Position numbers and translations under genes: made by a program. A stretch of DNA of 64,000 nucleotides, from assembly GCA_964016885.1 (NCBI GenBank), contig OZ024741.1, positions 378,138,001-378,202,000 of the forward strand, written 5' to 3'. This DNA comes from Eledone cirrhosa (taxonomy: Eukaryota). Each line of letters opens with the position of its first letter. Position 1 is the stretch's first letter. Shown here one piece after another: positions 26,470 through 41,887 of the stretch. Under the pieces are notes generated by a model. The model was not told the origin of the DNA and made no database searches. It saw only the letters and a program-made list of their open reading frames with translations.

Positions 26470-29400
26470 TGCTTTTATAAAATACCGTAATATAAAGGAA
26501 TGATAGGTTTGCTAGCCAATTATAGTTCCATATTGAAACAGCACATGCATGACTCTTAAAGTATGCTTTCATATTGTTAAGGAAATAGTGATATACGTAC
26601 GAGTATTAGAGGATAATTCGAACAGTAAAATATTGCAATAAATTCAAAAGCAGTATTACCCATTTATATACATGTGTTTTCCAATGATTAATTATTATAA
26701 TCTTGAATGGATTTCCATATGCATTGCAATCATTTGTGCAATGAATATCTTCAATTTGAATCGAGTTTATTATAGGAGAGAAAAAATATCTAACCCTGGA
26801 AAAAGGTACGAGTTTATGCCTAACTTAAATGAAGATCAATATATTGAAACGCAGAAGACAGTATATTAATGGCAAACATCTTGATACAGTGTTATCTCGT
26901 ACTATAATTTATATTTATGGCTGTATATCTCTTCAAATAATATTTCAAGATGACTCTTAAGTTCTTCAAAAGTATATTTTCTTCTTGATTAGATTTTATT
27001 AAGTGAGTCTCATTAGTAGGTATGAAACTTAATTTTATTATCATTTTATACGATATTATTAGCTAATATATTGCAACGAAAATATTCTTTTTTTTTTTCG
27101 TTGAATCCTATCATTTCAAAACTATTTCAAAGTTAATACATGCTCTACAGAATTTATTTTAAAATTTTAATTAACATTTAATTTATTTTAAAAGGAAAGT
27201 TAACTGATCCTTCTAAATATTATTTCCTAGAATTTAATCTTATAATATATCATGGAAACTTTTTCTATTCTATATTTGCATATTACATTACGTTTATATT
27301 TTCTAACTAATAAATACACATTTAGTGTCACCTCTGAAAATATTCTTCATCATCAAACTGAAGCTAAATAAATGTTAAAAGAAAGAAACAAATACAAACC
27401 ACGTTCAAACACATTTGCTATAATTTTATATTTTTCTCATTAAATAAGAGAAATTAAATATATCTCGGCTATTTTGGTTTGCATTTTTATTTCGAAAGAT
27501 GTTACAAATTTATATTCATTTCAATGTTTCAGATAAAACATTATAAGAATTAAAAATAAACATGCCATTTCGTAATCTTGAATCTAGTGATGCTTAACTA
27601 AAAGTAGCTTTTAATTACTCTGGAGTTGTACACCTTCATCCATTAATTGCAGAAGCTAATACTCCTAAAGGGTTTAGATTTAACGAAGAAGAATTTAAAT
27701 ATATTCCAGTTCAATTTCATTATTGATTCGATTTTCAATCGTCTTTACACACCACCTGTGTGATATAATCACATACAGAGCAAAGAGGAATAAAGACTAT
27801 AATTAGACATGTATGGAATTAAAACGTAACGCTACATTTTCAGCGTGGGAACTGTCGATCATATCGACCTGAGGCATGTGCATAAATGTATATCATATTA
27901 ATCAGTAAGTATAAAAATAAAACTTATAATCAGTACAACTTTGATTTAGAATGTAATGAGATTCATCAAAGTTTTCACTATGTTCAGTGAGCAAATACCA
28001 TCTAAGCATATGCAGGAAAATAGTAGTAAGATGTGATAATCTATTGGACAAACTACCAGATATTGTTTCAATTATTTCTGCTTACATATCGCTGAATTAT
28101 ACTGAAACTGTTTTTGAATTATACTGAAACAGACTGAAGTAATTATACGTAATATATTAAAATATTTATTGATTATTCATTTTATTTATATAGTTAAGGT
28201 GTTTGCCTAAATGAATACGCTAGACATTGTAACAATGTGCATTCGACTTGGCCTGAACTATTATTTTTCTACTGCATATATGTCAAGGCAATATGTTTTC
28301 TGATTTTGGTGAAACAAACTGTTCTTGGTATCCCGTCCTGAACGTTAGTGGGAAAAAGCAGGAATGCCACAAAATATATGTATAACTCCAATATGCCCTT
28401 GAAAAGTAATTTCCTCTTAGTAAACACCATGATAGCAATGCTTATTAATGGGATATTAACTGAAGTGAAACATAAGACTTAATACAATATAGGTTGTAGT
28501 GAATAGTATTTCATTACTATGTTATATAAATAATCAGAATAACTTATTTAATTCGGTTCTAATGTTAATTTTCTTTGTTTGCAGTATACTTAATTCAATA
28601 TATTGTTAGACGTTGTTTACTTACAGTTGTAGAAACTGTCTGATTAACTGAACATTATAATCAAATTGATTTTATCCAATATAAATACTAACATATTAAA
28701 GAGTACATTGATACATACTGGGAAGTTTAATAGCATTTATATACATTTGTCTTATTTTAAAAATGAACAGTTTGGAAGGCACCCTAAGGAGGATATTGCC
28801 AGTCCTAATGACTACCATATCGTCCTCACTGCAAAGGGAAATACACTCTATTTTTTTTTATTATTAGATTGAGTAAGTTTGTCATTAGCGACAACAAACA
28901 TTAACTTTAGTAATTCTTTAGGTGTGCATAGGAGGATATTTAGTATGTATCGGCTTTCGTTGTGTAAGTTGTTGTGCTTCAACATTGTTTGAGTGTTTTC
29001 CAGTTTTCATATTCATAAACATTGTAAATGTACAAGATGGTGAAGATTCCTTAGGGCACTAAATGTTTAGGGTTATATTGGGGATTTCCTGTGGCACTGA
29101 GGAACTTTAATAGTTAGATACACGCATTGATACGTTGTCTTCCTGTGCGTAACGAGAATGTATGACAAACATGATTACATTTTTAAATTCATGTATTGGG
29201 ATTCGTAATATCATATAAAAAATATCGGTAGTGAATTTGCAAAGTCTGTCTCAATTTTTAACAGAAGGAAACTAGTAAGTGCTGCATTAATATTAATCTA
29301 TCAATTCTCAAACAAAAATAAGAAAGTATGAACACCTGCAACTAACCAAATTATTAGTGAATATTTCCAAGTTGAAGTAAAGTTGAATGGTGCAATCATC

Positions 29401-29489
29401 ATGGATTATATCACTAAATACTTATGGTATAAGAATACACATTATAATGAATGAATGTATATTAACAGAAACGGGCAAACACACATCCT

Positions 29490-29561
<72 letters not shown>

Positions 29562-29788
29562 ATTTATGAACATATGTGTATAGGGTTTTATATGTCTTCT
29601 TGTATATATGTAGATTGATTATGTAAATACAATTCCTCAATTGGACAGCAGAAGTATGTAAATTCTTTCTGAAGTTCTGCAAGTGATTTGTTGTTTGAAT
29701 TTTAATGAGCTGATGCCTTGTTTTTCTTTTAGTTCTATTATATTTAGGAAATTTACAAAAATTAGAAACGACATACACAAACACACAT

Positions 29789-29825
<37 letters not shown>

Positions 29826-31584
29826 CATATGCATTTCTATCAGTTCTGCCCCCCCCCCCCTCTATCTACCTATACTCATAGGTTTGTGTGTGTGTGCGTG
29901 TCTTTATATATGTATGCAGGTATATAAATATTTGCGTATTTGATAACATAAAATTATAAACATATATGTATTTGCATATGCTCTCGAATGTCAATGTGTA
30001 AGCGCAAGTTTAATTCGCTAACTTATGAAGTCAATGTTAGATCTTTTCATTGATGCCTTGTTGTCGCATTGTAAATATCTGAATATTATCGCGGAAAATA
30101 ACTCATTTTATAAATATGGAGGTTATATTGCTTAAACTATTTGATATACATCAATTCGCATACATTATTTACACAACTTCGATAATATGTTACGAAAACT
30201 AAATTTTGGTTTTTAAACATGCGCATACAGATATGCACCCATGTGCTCATATAGGTACATGAAGTAGAATAAATAAACGTGTCTACGTAAATATAATTTC
30301 TCTATCACTGTCTCTCTGCCTCTCTGTCCGCAATCGCAAAAGGAAAAAAATAAGGAAACAATCACGCGCAGATAAGCTCACACAAGACGGCTTTGTCGCC
30401 GTCACCCTGCCTGAAGGGCATTAATCAAAGCGCTACTTGTCTCAATCCTAACGTTGTCCGGACCGGTGACATTTTCCTGTTGAGTCAAATGGGCCGCCCT
30501 TTTATTCATGGTGGTGAACTTCCGTCAAATCCGTTAAGTTTCTGTTTTGCCATCATACTCCCCACAGGACAAGCTATGTTTTTTCGCATAGTATCCTAGC
30601 TGCAGCATCCAAACGAACGACTGCTGAGCGCAAGTTGGCACCGTTTACTGTCGGAACTACGATTGTATCTGATCATCTTCGAACGTCCAACTTTCGCTCT
30701 TGAATCGAGAAAACGTACTTGCCACACGTCTTCGGTCCAGTGTGTCTTGCAACGACCCAAGAAATTCACCTCTAACGATAACAGTATCAATAGTTGGAGA
30801 CTCGGATGTAGTGGATAATTTATTTTGGAATGGGCGCGTAGGAAGGGAAAGTAAATAGGGAGTGTATGCTGTTGTCGAGCGGATTTGAGTGAGAAGAAAC
30901 AGAAGTGAATTATAAACAGAAACATTCAAAGTAAAAAAAGGATGTAAATAGAAATATAATAAATGAAATAAAGATATAACGATGTGGATATGGTATGTAT
31001 GAGGGTGATAATGATCAATATTTATGGTCGCTATCAGTAAGATTAGCAAAGATTTAAAATACACTTAAGTCGCAATGGCCTTTGTAATAAGGTTGTGAAT
31101 AAAATCAATGAAAACGATGGTTCTGTAGATTTCTGTTTGTGTGTGGTGATGGTGGTATTAAATAGTAATGTTAAAGTGATGATGATGTTAAATAGGATAA
31201 ACAAAATAAATAGACATTAACTTAGATTAATAGGTGAGTGTGTATCGTATTTAGTGGGTAATGTTTGTATTTTAGAAAACAGTGGATGTTGATGAGTAAA
31301 ACGTTGACATAGATATGGGAAAGAAGAGAAAGGGATATATAAAATGATAATGACAAAGAAAAAAAGAAGAAAACCTAAACAAAGATAACAAAAAGAGGTT
31401 ATGATGGTGCTAATAAAGTAGTAACCTTAAAATAAATGAAAATAGGTTATTTAATATGATGACGATCATGATAAACATAAAATAACCTTATTTGTGTAGA
31501 TGAGTTTGGGTCCATTGACTGAGGTGGCAAAAACTATCAAATGGTAATGGAATTATTGAGAAGTGACTGGGTAAGATATATAAC

Positions 31585-31679
31585 TGTTTCTACTTTTGGC
31601 ACAAGGCCAGCAATTACCCAGTACATTGCTGGTACTTTATTTTATCGATCCCGTAAGGATGAAAGGCAAAGTTGACCTC
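31585..31679 (-). mobile_element. 5'-truncated SINE with a 16-bp TSD
   Basis: GGGTAAGATATATAAC at 31569-31584 and 31680-31695 flanks the SINE 3' half. Confidence 0.9.
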
Positions 31680-32399
31680 GGGTAAGATATATAACGGTTA
31701 TATTAAAGTTTAAATCAATGAAATTATAGTTGTGAAATGGGTTAGTAGCAATGTCAAAGAAATCTGGAGGAAAATATAATACAAAGTTATATAATATCTA
31801 TAATATATAATATGTTAATTGTTGTGATTATGCTTGGGGATAGGGTAATATTCGTGAGGTACAGAGCTAAAAAAAAGTTCGAAAATTTGAGTATAAGAAA
31901 GTAATGTTTGAGGAAATAAGAGAATAATGAATATTCGGATATAATAGAATTTATATAAAAAAATAATTAGGGAAATAAGAAAATTATGAAAATCAGAAAA
32001 TGAAATAAAATATTGAAAAAAATGGATGATGGAACAAAGACGATAAGAAAATGGCTTAGGGTTGTCAGATAAGCTGGTGCGGCTAGTAGTTCACAGTATG
32101 TAGAATCTAGAAGGGATGCTTGCGTTTGCTCATCGTCAAATCCAGGGACGTGTCGGTGCGGTTGTTTGAAGTTGAGATGTAGTTGTCACTTCTTTGTACA
32201 AATAGTTATCAGATGGATGGTCCTTCTCGATAATCTGGAATAAGAATGTAGGTCAGCAAATAAGGGATACTGAGAATGAATTTGACGACTTCGTAATTAA
32301 AAAACATTAAGGTCTATGATTGCTATTAGGAATTCTTCCGAAGAGATGTGCAAACATGCAAGGTGAGGATATTACTTTGATGATTTCATAAATCCTGTC

Positions 32400-32960
32400 A
32401 AAGCAACATCTAATGTATAAGAGGTGCATCAGAGGTGAACATTTACTTCTCGGAGGATGAGGTCACAAGGGATATTAAAGCGTTGTAATGCTGCAAAGCC
32501 TCAGGGTAGAATGAAATACTAACAGAAAACTTAAAAGATTTAAATAGCGGAGTGATGCCCTAGTTGAGAAATCTGCGCTGGAAGGTTTGGAGATCTGGGA
32601 AGGCACAAATGCAATTGCAATAGAGTGAGACAATCCCATTATATAAAAGGACTGACAAGTGAGATTGCTTTAATTAAAGATGAATATACTTGCTATGCTT
32701 TCTCCGTAAAATCTATGCTAAATGTATAGCAAACAAACAAGGACATTGTTGAATTCAAGCTAACTGACAAAGAGTGTGATTTGCCCCCAGATTTCGCAGA
32801 ACCGACCACATATCAAATTTGCAAAGTTGTAATAGTATTACCAAGATGTGCGTGCTATTAACTTGAACCCCAAAAGGGCATAAAATACCGTTCCATGTAT
32901 TAGTTTTGGAAGGTTCTACAAGAGTATGGGATTATATTTTACCTTGAATTCTTGATATGA
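32400..32960 (+). mobile_element. Highly decayed RTE-like RT fragment
   Basis: Residual KASG.NEI.TE.LK and TIPLYK..DK.DC.N.R.I.LL...KIYAK with many stops. Confidence 0.55.
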
Positions 32961-33061
32961 ATGGCTTAATTTCTGTTTGGATAAATGGGGTACTGCATCA
33001 TAAGCTTACAATATGGCTATACACAAACACACAAACACACACACAAACACACACACACACA

Positions 33062-33142
<81 letters not shown>

Positions 33143-33143
33143 G

Positions 33144-33249
<106 letters not shown>

Positions 33250-34297
33250 TATATATAAATATATATATATAGGGAGACACAAAGCAGGCTTTGTTTCGAG
33301 ACGGCTAGCGAATTTGAAAATTAAGTAGTAATATTTGCTTACGCCGTATTTGACGAAATAGAATTAATTAGTTGGGATTGAAAAACCTTCTGAATGGAAA
33401 CAGGATGAGAATTGACGCACATGGGACAATAACCCATATCTTTGGTTTGCTGGCAAATATAGATACATATATATATATGTGTGTGTGTGTGAGTGTGTAT
33501 GTGTGTGTGCGTGTTTGGAATGAATATATATAAATAACGTGTTTTATTATCTGATACTTTCTTCATACAATTAAGACATGAAGGGAAAACATTTTCAAAA
33601 GAAATTTCATATTGAGTTAATATTATTTAAAAACAGATAATTGTTGATATATATTTTTCTTTTTTATATTTATTTACAATACAACTTTGCTGTAGGCAAT
33701 GATGATTTTATTCATTACAATTTTTCTATGATACGCAGATGTGCATTTAAAATTAAATGATTCTAAATATTGACTATAGTAATGTCAGAATAAAGTAGAT
33801 GAAAACAAAACGTCTTGCTATTTTCACTAACTGTTAAAATATGCAGATCTATCTTAGTATATCTATCTATCTGTTTATATATATATATATATATATCCCT
33901 ACAAATACACATACACAACTCACTCCCTGCCCCTCTCTCTCTACCTTTCCCACCCCCTCTTTCTTCCCCTTATGTATATATATGTATAGCTATTTAACTA
34001 TGCCTGCGAGTGTCTGTCTCTGCCTCTGTGTGAACATATTTGCGTGTGCTTGTGTATGCGTGCATTTCCGAGGTCTTCTGTAAACCCTGCTGAAATTGTT
34101 CGGTTATCAAGTGTTTAGACAGATTAGTCTCTTGATATCTGACTTTAGTCAGAGAGATACGTACTTGCCAAGCTCACATTAAAAATGATGGATTACGTTT
34201 CACAGAAAGATGCACTCCATTCACGTGTATGAATTGTATTCATAATCATAACCAAACGCCCGCCCACCACCATAACAAACCCACACACACGCACATG

Positions 34298-34338
<41 letters not shown>

Positions 34339-34369
34339 ATGTATATATATATATATAATTTTTTCTATT

Positions 34370-34660
34370 CTAAGGCGGGTAAAATTCCCGAGAACCATGG
34401 ACGAGTTCTCTCCAGCGGTCTCTGTCCCTCATTATCGCTGCCATGTCCTGCGTCTCCAATAGACCAGTGTCTGTCCTTAGGGCATCAACATACGTTAACC
34501 TTGGTCTTCCTCTTCTAGTGTGTCCATGTAGGGGCTCCCAAAGGAGCACTGAGTGCAATGTCAACTCTGGATGTCGGTGAGCATGTCCAGCTAACCTCAG
34601 TCTCCTCTGTGTCACTTTTGAGCTGACTTTTGGGATGCTCCCATACAACTCTGAGTTTCT
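34370..34660 (-). mobile_element. 3' end of an RTE-clade LINE
   Basis: [21 protein letters not shown]......VLLWEP.HG..RRGRP..TYVD.L..DTG....M.DRD.WR. Confidence 0.88.
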
Positions 34661-34726
34661 TCATATATATATATATATATCTAAAACAAAAAAAAAAAAA
34701 TATATATACACACATACACACACATA

Positions 34727-34860
<134 letters not shown>

Positions 34861-35716
34861 TGGGTATGTGTGTCTGTGTGTATGTGTGTGTGTATATGTA
34901 TACATTTACGAAAGAAATTGTGAATTCACTCTAGCTCGGCATTATAAACGTGGAAAGTACCCAAGAAAATGAATTCAGTTGAGAACCATCATTCATTTAG
35001 AAAAACTTTTGTTTTCTTGTCGATATTATTTTTGCATATTTAACAATGATATCTACAGCTTGTGTTGTCAGGTATAAGACTCTTCTAGAAATACTGCTAC
35101 TTATTTCTTTAAATCCTATCCTTTGATCATCTGTGTTCTTCTGCTGTTTGCCTTGGCCATGAAGAAAATATTTATTTTATTTTTTCTTTTATTATTGATG
35201 CATTTTTTTGTTTTGCTTTTTTGCCAGAATTGGTGTCAGGATTTTGTACTTCATAATTTAGCGCATAAGGGGAAAATTACGCCATTAGCCGTTCAGAAAT
35301 TTAGCGCATTTCATTCGGCATCAGCGCAAGATAAAAGAAGTTAACATCTTCGCATCATAAAATACTAATTTCAGCAATATATCTGTAAACCTAGGTTCAA
35401 CCTTCTTCGGATACAATATTGTTTGGAAAAATGGCTAGGATATATTATGAAAGCACAAAAAGAAAACAGAATAATTTCGATGTAATCTATGAAATGGTTT
35501 AAGCATGTTATTGTGTTTGTAGGCTATGAATGTTAATAACTACTGGTATCATGAATTGTTTCTTTCTCGAATCCTCCCCATCACATTAAGTTTGCTTACC
35601 TGCGCAATATGGTTAATTTATGTAATAACGTCATTTGGCGATGAAAGTCACATCATGATTATGAATGAAACTCACTAACAACACTCACATTTCTTCATAT
35701 ATATGCACACATTAAT

Positions 35717-35748
<32 letters not shown>

Positions 35749-36803
35749 ACACATACACACACATACACACACACACACACACACATACGTTAATGCATGT
35801 GTGCGCGTGTGCGTGCTTTTATATGCGCCCGGTTTTGAGTGTGTACACATGGTCGTGTTTGTAATTATAAGTACTCTACACAAAGGTCGTCCATCACAAA
35901 CAAAATAATAAACTTGTACATCTGAAATAACGGACATATATTAGACATTCACGTGGGATTTATATCCATATCAATAATAACACTATATGAATCAACAATG
36001 CACTTAATGTATAAACAAACTATTAAACAAAATCTATACATGTCTTTGAATATATCTAATTTATTTGCTATTTAAAATTGGGACAATAGTGAAATTAGTT
36101 GGTTGAAAGAGATTTATATTAATATTACTGAACTTTATAGCATTTGTATTCTAATTCATTATGGTCATTCAAAGATGGCACTCTGCGTTACCAAACAATA
36201 TTCTACAAACGTAAAACCTAATTGCAGGCACTCATATACCTTTTTGCTTATGCGATATATGTTATACAAATATGAGGGCTAGTATTTATAAATCCTCACA
36301 TTATATTGCCCAGTATGACTGTTAGGATTTTTATGTTAGGATTTCTAAACTTATATAAAGAAGAGTATTCTAGTTCGTGATCTGTTCTGTAGATTGGACT
36401 ATACAAATGTTTTGACATGGAATTGTGAATAAATAATGAATAAATGCATTTGTTTAAAGTAGATGTTAAATATATTTCTACATTATGCGCAATATCGACT
36501 AGGCATAACAAACAACATACAGAATATCGGAACTTGTGCATTATATCGCAATGTTGAGGATGGATGCCTGCGTATGGATTAATTCTGTGTTTGTGAATAT
36601 ATTGGCGCAGAGAAGTATTTATATATTCTATACACAATATGTTTACAAACGTATAAAAACAGTAAAATATTTATAAACATAAAAAACAAACATAATCGCA
36701 CGGAAACACATTCACATACACAAACACTAAAGAATTAATATTGTTTATAGCCGTGTATATGCATAATTGTGTGTTGGAACATCTATTATAGACATAATGT
36801 TGT

Positions 36804-36886
<83 letters not shown>

Positions 36887-36932
36887 AGGATGAATATAAA
36901 ATGAAAGTGCTTTTGTTAAAAAAGGAATTTAT

Positions 36933-37049
36933 TAGGTATTGACATATGTTTCTGTAACAGACCGAATACCTATGTACCGCTGCTTGCGTAATCATATAAT
37001 GTTAGCAAGTATTCGATAGCAAATGTATAATCAGTTGCCACTTCTTCAG
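36933..37049 (-). ncRNA. pLTR hammerhead-like motif of PLE3 with a ~90-nt stem II insertion
   Basis: Minus strand: CTGAAGA-aGTGGCA...TGTTACa-GAAA-CATATG-TC-aatacctaataaa; stem I poorly paired. Confidence 0.55.
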
Positions 37050-37539
37050 AGATTTTGGATAAGCTGGATAAAATCAGAAAAATTGAAGTATTTATATTAG
37101 TAAAAGAGGAAGGAACAGAGGGGATAGAATATGACAGATGGTAAAATAATTTACTGCTAAACAAGTATATAATGGGTTTTTAATGAGAATACCATGAGTA
37201 AATCTAAATAAGAATTTTGGGAGTGCCAATTTTTAATCTCTACTTGACCAACTGGACAGTGGACAGGGCTGGTCATTTGGTGCAGTAGTATTAATTATAA
37301 AGTGTCAATTGGGGAAGGGGGAGATTTCGATTGCTACTAAATAACATCAATGCTAGTAGCCAGCTGGTATATGCATTAGGGAATTGAATCAAGAAATCAG
37401 AAATCTCATTTTATCTATAGCAGTTTGTATTAAAAGGTAAATAATAGAAGAGTTGATAGAATTAAGACTAATAAAGAATGTTCATATCTATTTTGACAAT
37501 CAAACGGGGATAGAAACAGGCGTTCAATCCTGGTAGTAT

Positions 37540-39843
37540 TTATAATATGAAAATGTAAATTTTAAGCGATGGTTACAGTATAACGATCGCTCTATTCTGT
37601 TATTTAATAAAATGTTTTTAGATTTCATAATACAAAATAATTCTACATTACATAATTTACAAAATTCCTGTCCATTGGATTATGGGGGGGCAGCCGCTAT
37701 TATATCCCATTTTAGGTGAAATTGTTGGTTATTTTCACGCAGCTGCCAAGCCTTGTCTGCGAGTGTTGTTACATAACGCTGGTTTTCATGTTTTATCGAA
37801 TAACGATGTCTATAAAGGCGTGATTTGAAGGAGGTGGCTGTAGATCCCACATAGTACCACTTCTGTCTATCCGATTCGATAGTACATTTGTATACGATGT
37901 TGCGTTCAAGACACTGATTGTTCAACGGACACATTCCTGGTTGGACACAGTTGCAATTATAATTTTGCGTTGTTGTATTGCCATGGATGGGTTGATGAGG
38001 TTGCTTATGTAGGACAGGATGTTGTTTGTTGTTTTGTGATGTTATAGCTAATGTTTTACGTGTATTGTTATGTGTTGGAAGGCGTTTATACAACCGTTTT
38101 GCGTTAAGCTTTTTTATATGTTGTTCAATATTAGGGGCGGTTGAATATGAAAGTCGAATAGTGTTAGGGTTTAAGATTTTATTATATTTATGTGATGTTG
38201 GAAAGTGCTTTCTAACTAATCGAAAGAATTTTGAGGGTAGATTGGTTTTAATAGATTTGTTATAGACCGGGTTGTACCAGATATACTCCCTACATCGCCT
38301 TCTGTTTGGTGGTGTGCGACTATTATTGTGTCTATTGCGGTAGTGTATGTATGGTGGTGATTCTGTGCTATTTCTACTCCTATGTGATTTATTTTGGGTG
38401 TTTTGGTGATCTTTGACTATATACTCTATATTATCTAGGTGATCGGCTTTCCTAAGTGCATCATCATAATACTCGGCATGTTCTTTGAAGGTTTGTTGGT
38501 TGGACGATAGGCGGGAGATTCTAAGAGAAACGTTTCTAGGGATGGATTTAATTATAGAGAGTGGATGGTTAGAACTCGTATCTACATATTTAAGGTTCTC
38601 ATTTAGTTTATGGAACGGTTTAATCGTATCTGTATTGAGATTGAAAGTAACATCAAGGAAATTGACCTCTTTGAGGTTATATTCAAATGTAATATTTAAT
38701 CCTAGTTCCTTAAAAAGTTTTCTGATATTTTTACGCATCCTTTCTAAATTCTGGTTATTCATATGCTTAACTAATAGGAGCGCATCGTCACGGTAAATTC
38801 CACCGTGGAGATCCTTGAATTTTCCTTGTAATCTGTGGGTGATATAAATTCCCACAAGATCTGTTACTTCCGCCGAATCATTAGAACCCATAGTGATATC
38901 AAAATTAGAAGGTCTATCTTTGCGAACCCAGTAGCTATCATCGAATTTAACTATAGTTTTTCTCGCTTCCATAATAATTTTAATTTCAGCATCCGTAAGG
39001 TCGGAATTATCCTTAGCGAACGAAAGAGCTTCATGTAGAGTATCAGGTCAAATTGAGGAATAATATTCATCAATATCAAACTGAATAAATTTTGATTTTT
39101 TCTTATCAGTAATGTTATTAAACCATCTTATTGCTTCATGAGTGTTACCCCATAGTTTAATCTCTACTTTAACCTTAACTTGGGGGATAATTCTGTCTAG
39201 TATATATTTGCTAATTTTACCTATATCAGATTTAGAGGGGCATATAAGTCTAATATTAGGGTTAGTATCGAAGTTTACCTTGTGGTCCTTCAGGTTGAAG
39301 GATGGTATAGCTGGTGTTAAGGGTTGCGTTCTATCGTCAATACAAAGTTTTTTTAACAATATCACATGCCGAGTTGTTGATGTTTTTAAGTGTGGCTTCA
39401 TTAGTTTTCCTGTATTTTTTATGCAATTCCTTACGGATGAAGTTATTGTAAGTGTCCACATCCATGGTATATACGTTTGATGTTTTGTCTGCTCTAACAA
39501 TAATTCCATTGGCGTTTTTTAGATTATTGAGCAGTGCCGTGATGTCATTCTGTAGTTTATTGTTCTTACGTTTTGTAAATTTGATCTCCATGATCATATC
39601 CATTAGGTCTTGTTCAAATGCATCCAAAAGTGGGTTTGAGGGTGGGTTCCTGTAAGATTTAAATCCAAAGTTATCCTTGTTAAGATCCGATGTTTGGTTT
39701 ATACGGCTTTTGTCAAAATGGAATGTTTTCCATCTGATTCGTCGAATAAAATCATTGGTCCTTCGTATCATACCTAGAATATATTCCCTTTTTGCCTGAA
39801 TAGGTATGTTTTTTAACGACATATCCAATTGGTGCCTTTCCAT
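37540..39843 (-). pseudogene. PLE3 polyprotein (RT + GIY-YIG), frameshifted
   Basis: Motifs MSLKNIP...FIRRIRWKTFHF...FGFKS, ADKTSNVY, LKDHK...RLICPSKSDIG, FIQFDIDEYY, FDITMGSNDSAE, GIYRDD, VNFLDV, WYNPVYN, CNC...CPLNNQC...IVYKC...YVGST, CKLC. Frameshifts near 39345, 39050 and 37685. Confidence 0.94.
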
Positions 39844-40049
39844 TTTAGAAACGTATGCTGAATTAGTTGCTCAAATGTATAGGAGATTAATAAAGTTTTA
39901 GGTTATCAATAATGTAGTGATAATATATCGTTACGTTAGAGATGAACAGCGTACGTGCTGGTTTGCTCAACGAGTATAAATTATATTCCGGAGAAATGTA
40001 GAAAGGATGAATATAAAATGAAAGTGCTTTTGTTAAAAAAGGAATTTAT

Positions 40050-40166
40050 TAGGTATTGACATATGTTTCTGTAACAGACCGAATACCTATGTACCGCTGC
40101 TTGCGTAATCATATAATGTTAGCAAGTATTCGATAGCAAATGTATAATCAGTTGCCACTTCTTCAG
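40050..40166 (-). ncRNA. Second copy of the PLE3 hammerhead-like motif
   Basis: Identical to 36933-37049; lies ~200 nt upstream of the ORF start at 39843. Confidence 0.55.
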
Positions 40167-41590
40167 AGATTTTGGATAAGCTGGATAAAATCAGAAAAAT
40201 TGAAGTATTTATATTAGTAAAAGAGGAAGGAACAGAGGGGATAGAATATGACAGATGGTAAAATAATTTACTGCTAAACAAGTATATAATGGGTTTTTAA
40301 TGAGAATACCATGAGTAAATCTAAATAAGAATTTTGGGAGTGCCAATTTTTAATCTCTACTTGACCAACTGGACAGTGGACAGGGCTGGTCATTTGGTGC
40401 AGTAGTATTAATTATAAAGTGTCAATTGGGGAAGGGGGAGATTTCGATTGCTACTAAATAACATCAATGCTAGTAGCCAGCTGGTATATGCATTAGGGAA
40501 TTGAATCAAGAAATCAGAAATCTCATTTTATCTATAGTAGTTTGTATTAAAAGGTAAATAATAGAAGAGTTGATAGAATTAAGACTAATAAAGAATGTTC
40601 ATATCTATTTTGACAATCAAACGGGGATAGAAACAGGCGTTCAATCCTGGTAGTATTTATAATATGAAAATGTAGATTTTAAGCGATGGTTACAGTATAA
40701 CGATCGCTCTATTCTGTTATTTAATAAAATGTTTTTGGATTTCATAATACAAAATAATTCTACATTACATAATTTACAAAATTCCTGTCCATTGGATTAT
40801 GGGGGGGCAGCCGCTATTATATCCCATTTTAGGTGAAATTGTTGGTTATTTTCACGCAGCTGCCAAGCCTTGTCTGCGAGTGTTGTTACATAACGCTGGT
40901 TTTCATGTTTTATCGAATAACGATGTCTATAAAGGCGTGATTTGAAGGAGGTGGCTGTAGATCCCACATAGTACCACTTCTGTCTATCCGATTCGATAGT
41001 ACATTTGAAATACGATGTTGCGTTCAAGACACTGATTGTTCAACGGACACATTCCTGGTTGGACACAGTTGCAATTATAATTTTGCGTTGTTGTATTGCC
41101 ATGAATGGGTTGATGAGGTTGCTTATGTAGGACAGGATGTTGTTTGTTGTTTTGTGATGTTATAGCTAATGTTTTACGTGTATTGTTATGTGTTGGAAGG
41201 CGTTTATACAACCGTTTTGCGTTAAGCTTTTTTATATGTTGTTCAATATTAGGGGCGGTTGAATATGTAAGTCGAATAGTGTTAGGGTTTAAGATATTAT
41301 TATATTTATGTGATGTTGGAAAGTGTTTTCTAACTAATCGAAAGAATTTTGAGGGTAGATTGGTTTTAATAGATTTGTTATAGACCGGGTTGTACCAGAT
41401 ATACTCCCTACATCGCCTTCTGTTTGGTGGTGTGCGACTATTATTGTGTCTATTGCGGTAGTGTATGTATGGTGGTGATTCTGTGCTATTTCTACTCCTA
41501 TGTGATTTATTTTGGGTGTTTTGGTGATCTTTGACTATATACTCTATATTATCTAGGTGACCGGCTTTCCTAAGTGCATCATGTATACAT

Positions 41591-41686
<96 letters not shown>

Positions 41687-41722
41687 CTCTCTCTCTATAT
41701 ATATATATACATATGTATACAT

Positions 41723-41822
<100 letters not shown>

Positions 41823-41856
41823 CTCTCTCTATATATATATATATACATATGTATAC

Positions 41857-41887
<31 letters not shown>

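Larger units (their letters stand above)
36882..41582 (-). mobile_element. Penelope-like element PLE3 (Nematis-like) as a partial tandem: 5'-truncated copy (41582-39999) followed by a full-ORF copy (39998-36882)
   Basis: 36882-38464 and 39999-41582 are near-identical direct repeats (~1.58 kb); (TA)n at both ends. Confidence 0.95.

Noticed and set aside
24000-29300. Scattered Cys/Gly-rich peptide scraps suggestive of decayed EGF-like exons
   Set aside because: No sustained frame or consistent splice sites; indistinguishable from chance by eye.
33280-33355. Minus-strand CGAAAC with ACGGC/GCCGT pairing next to (TA)n
   Set aside because: No CUGANGA-like strand or cleavage site; too decayed to call a hammerhead.
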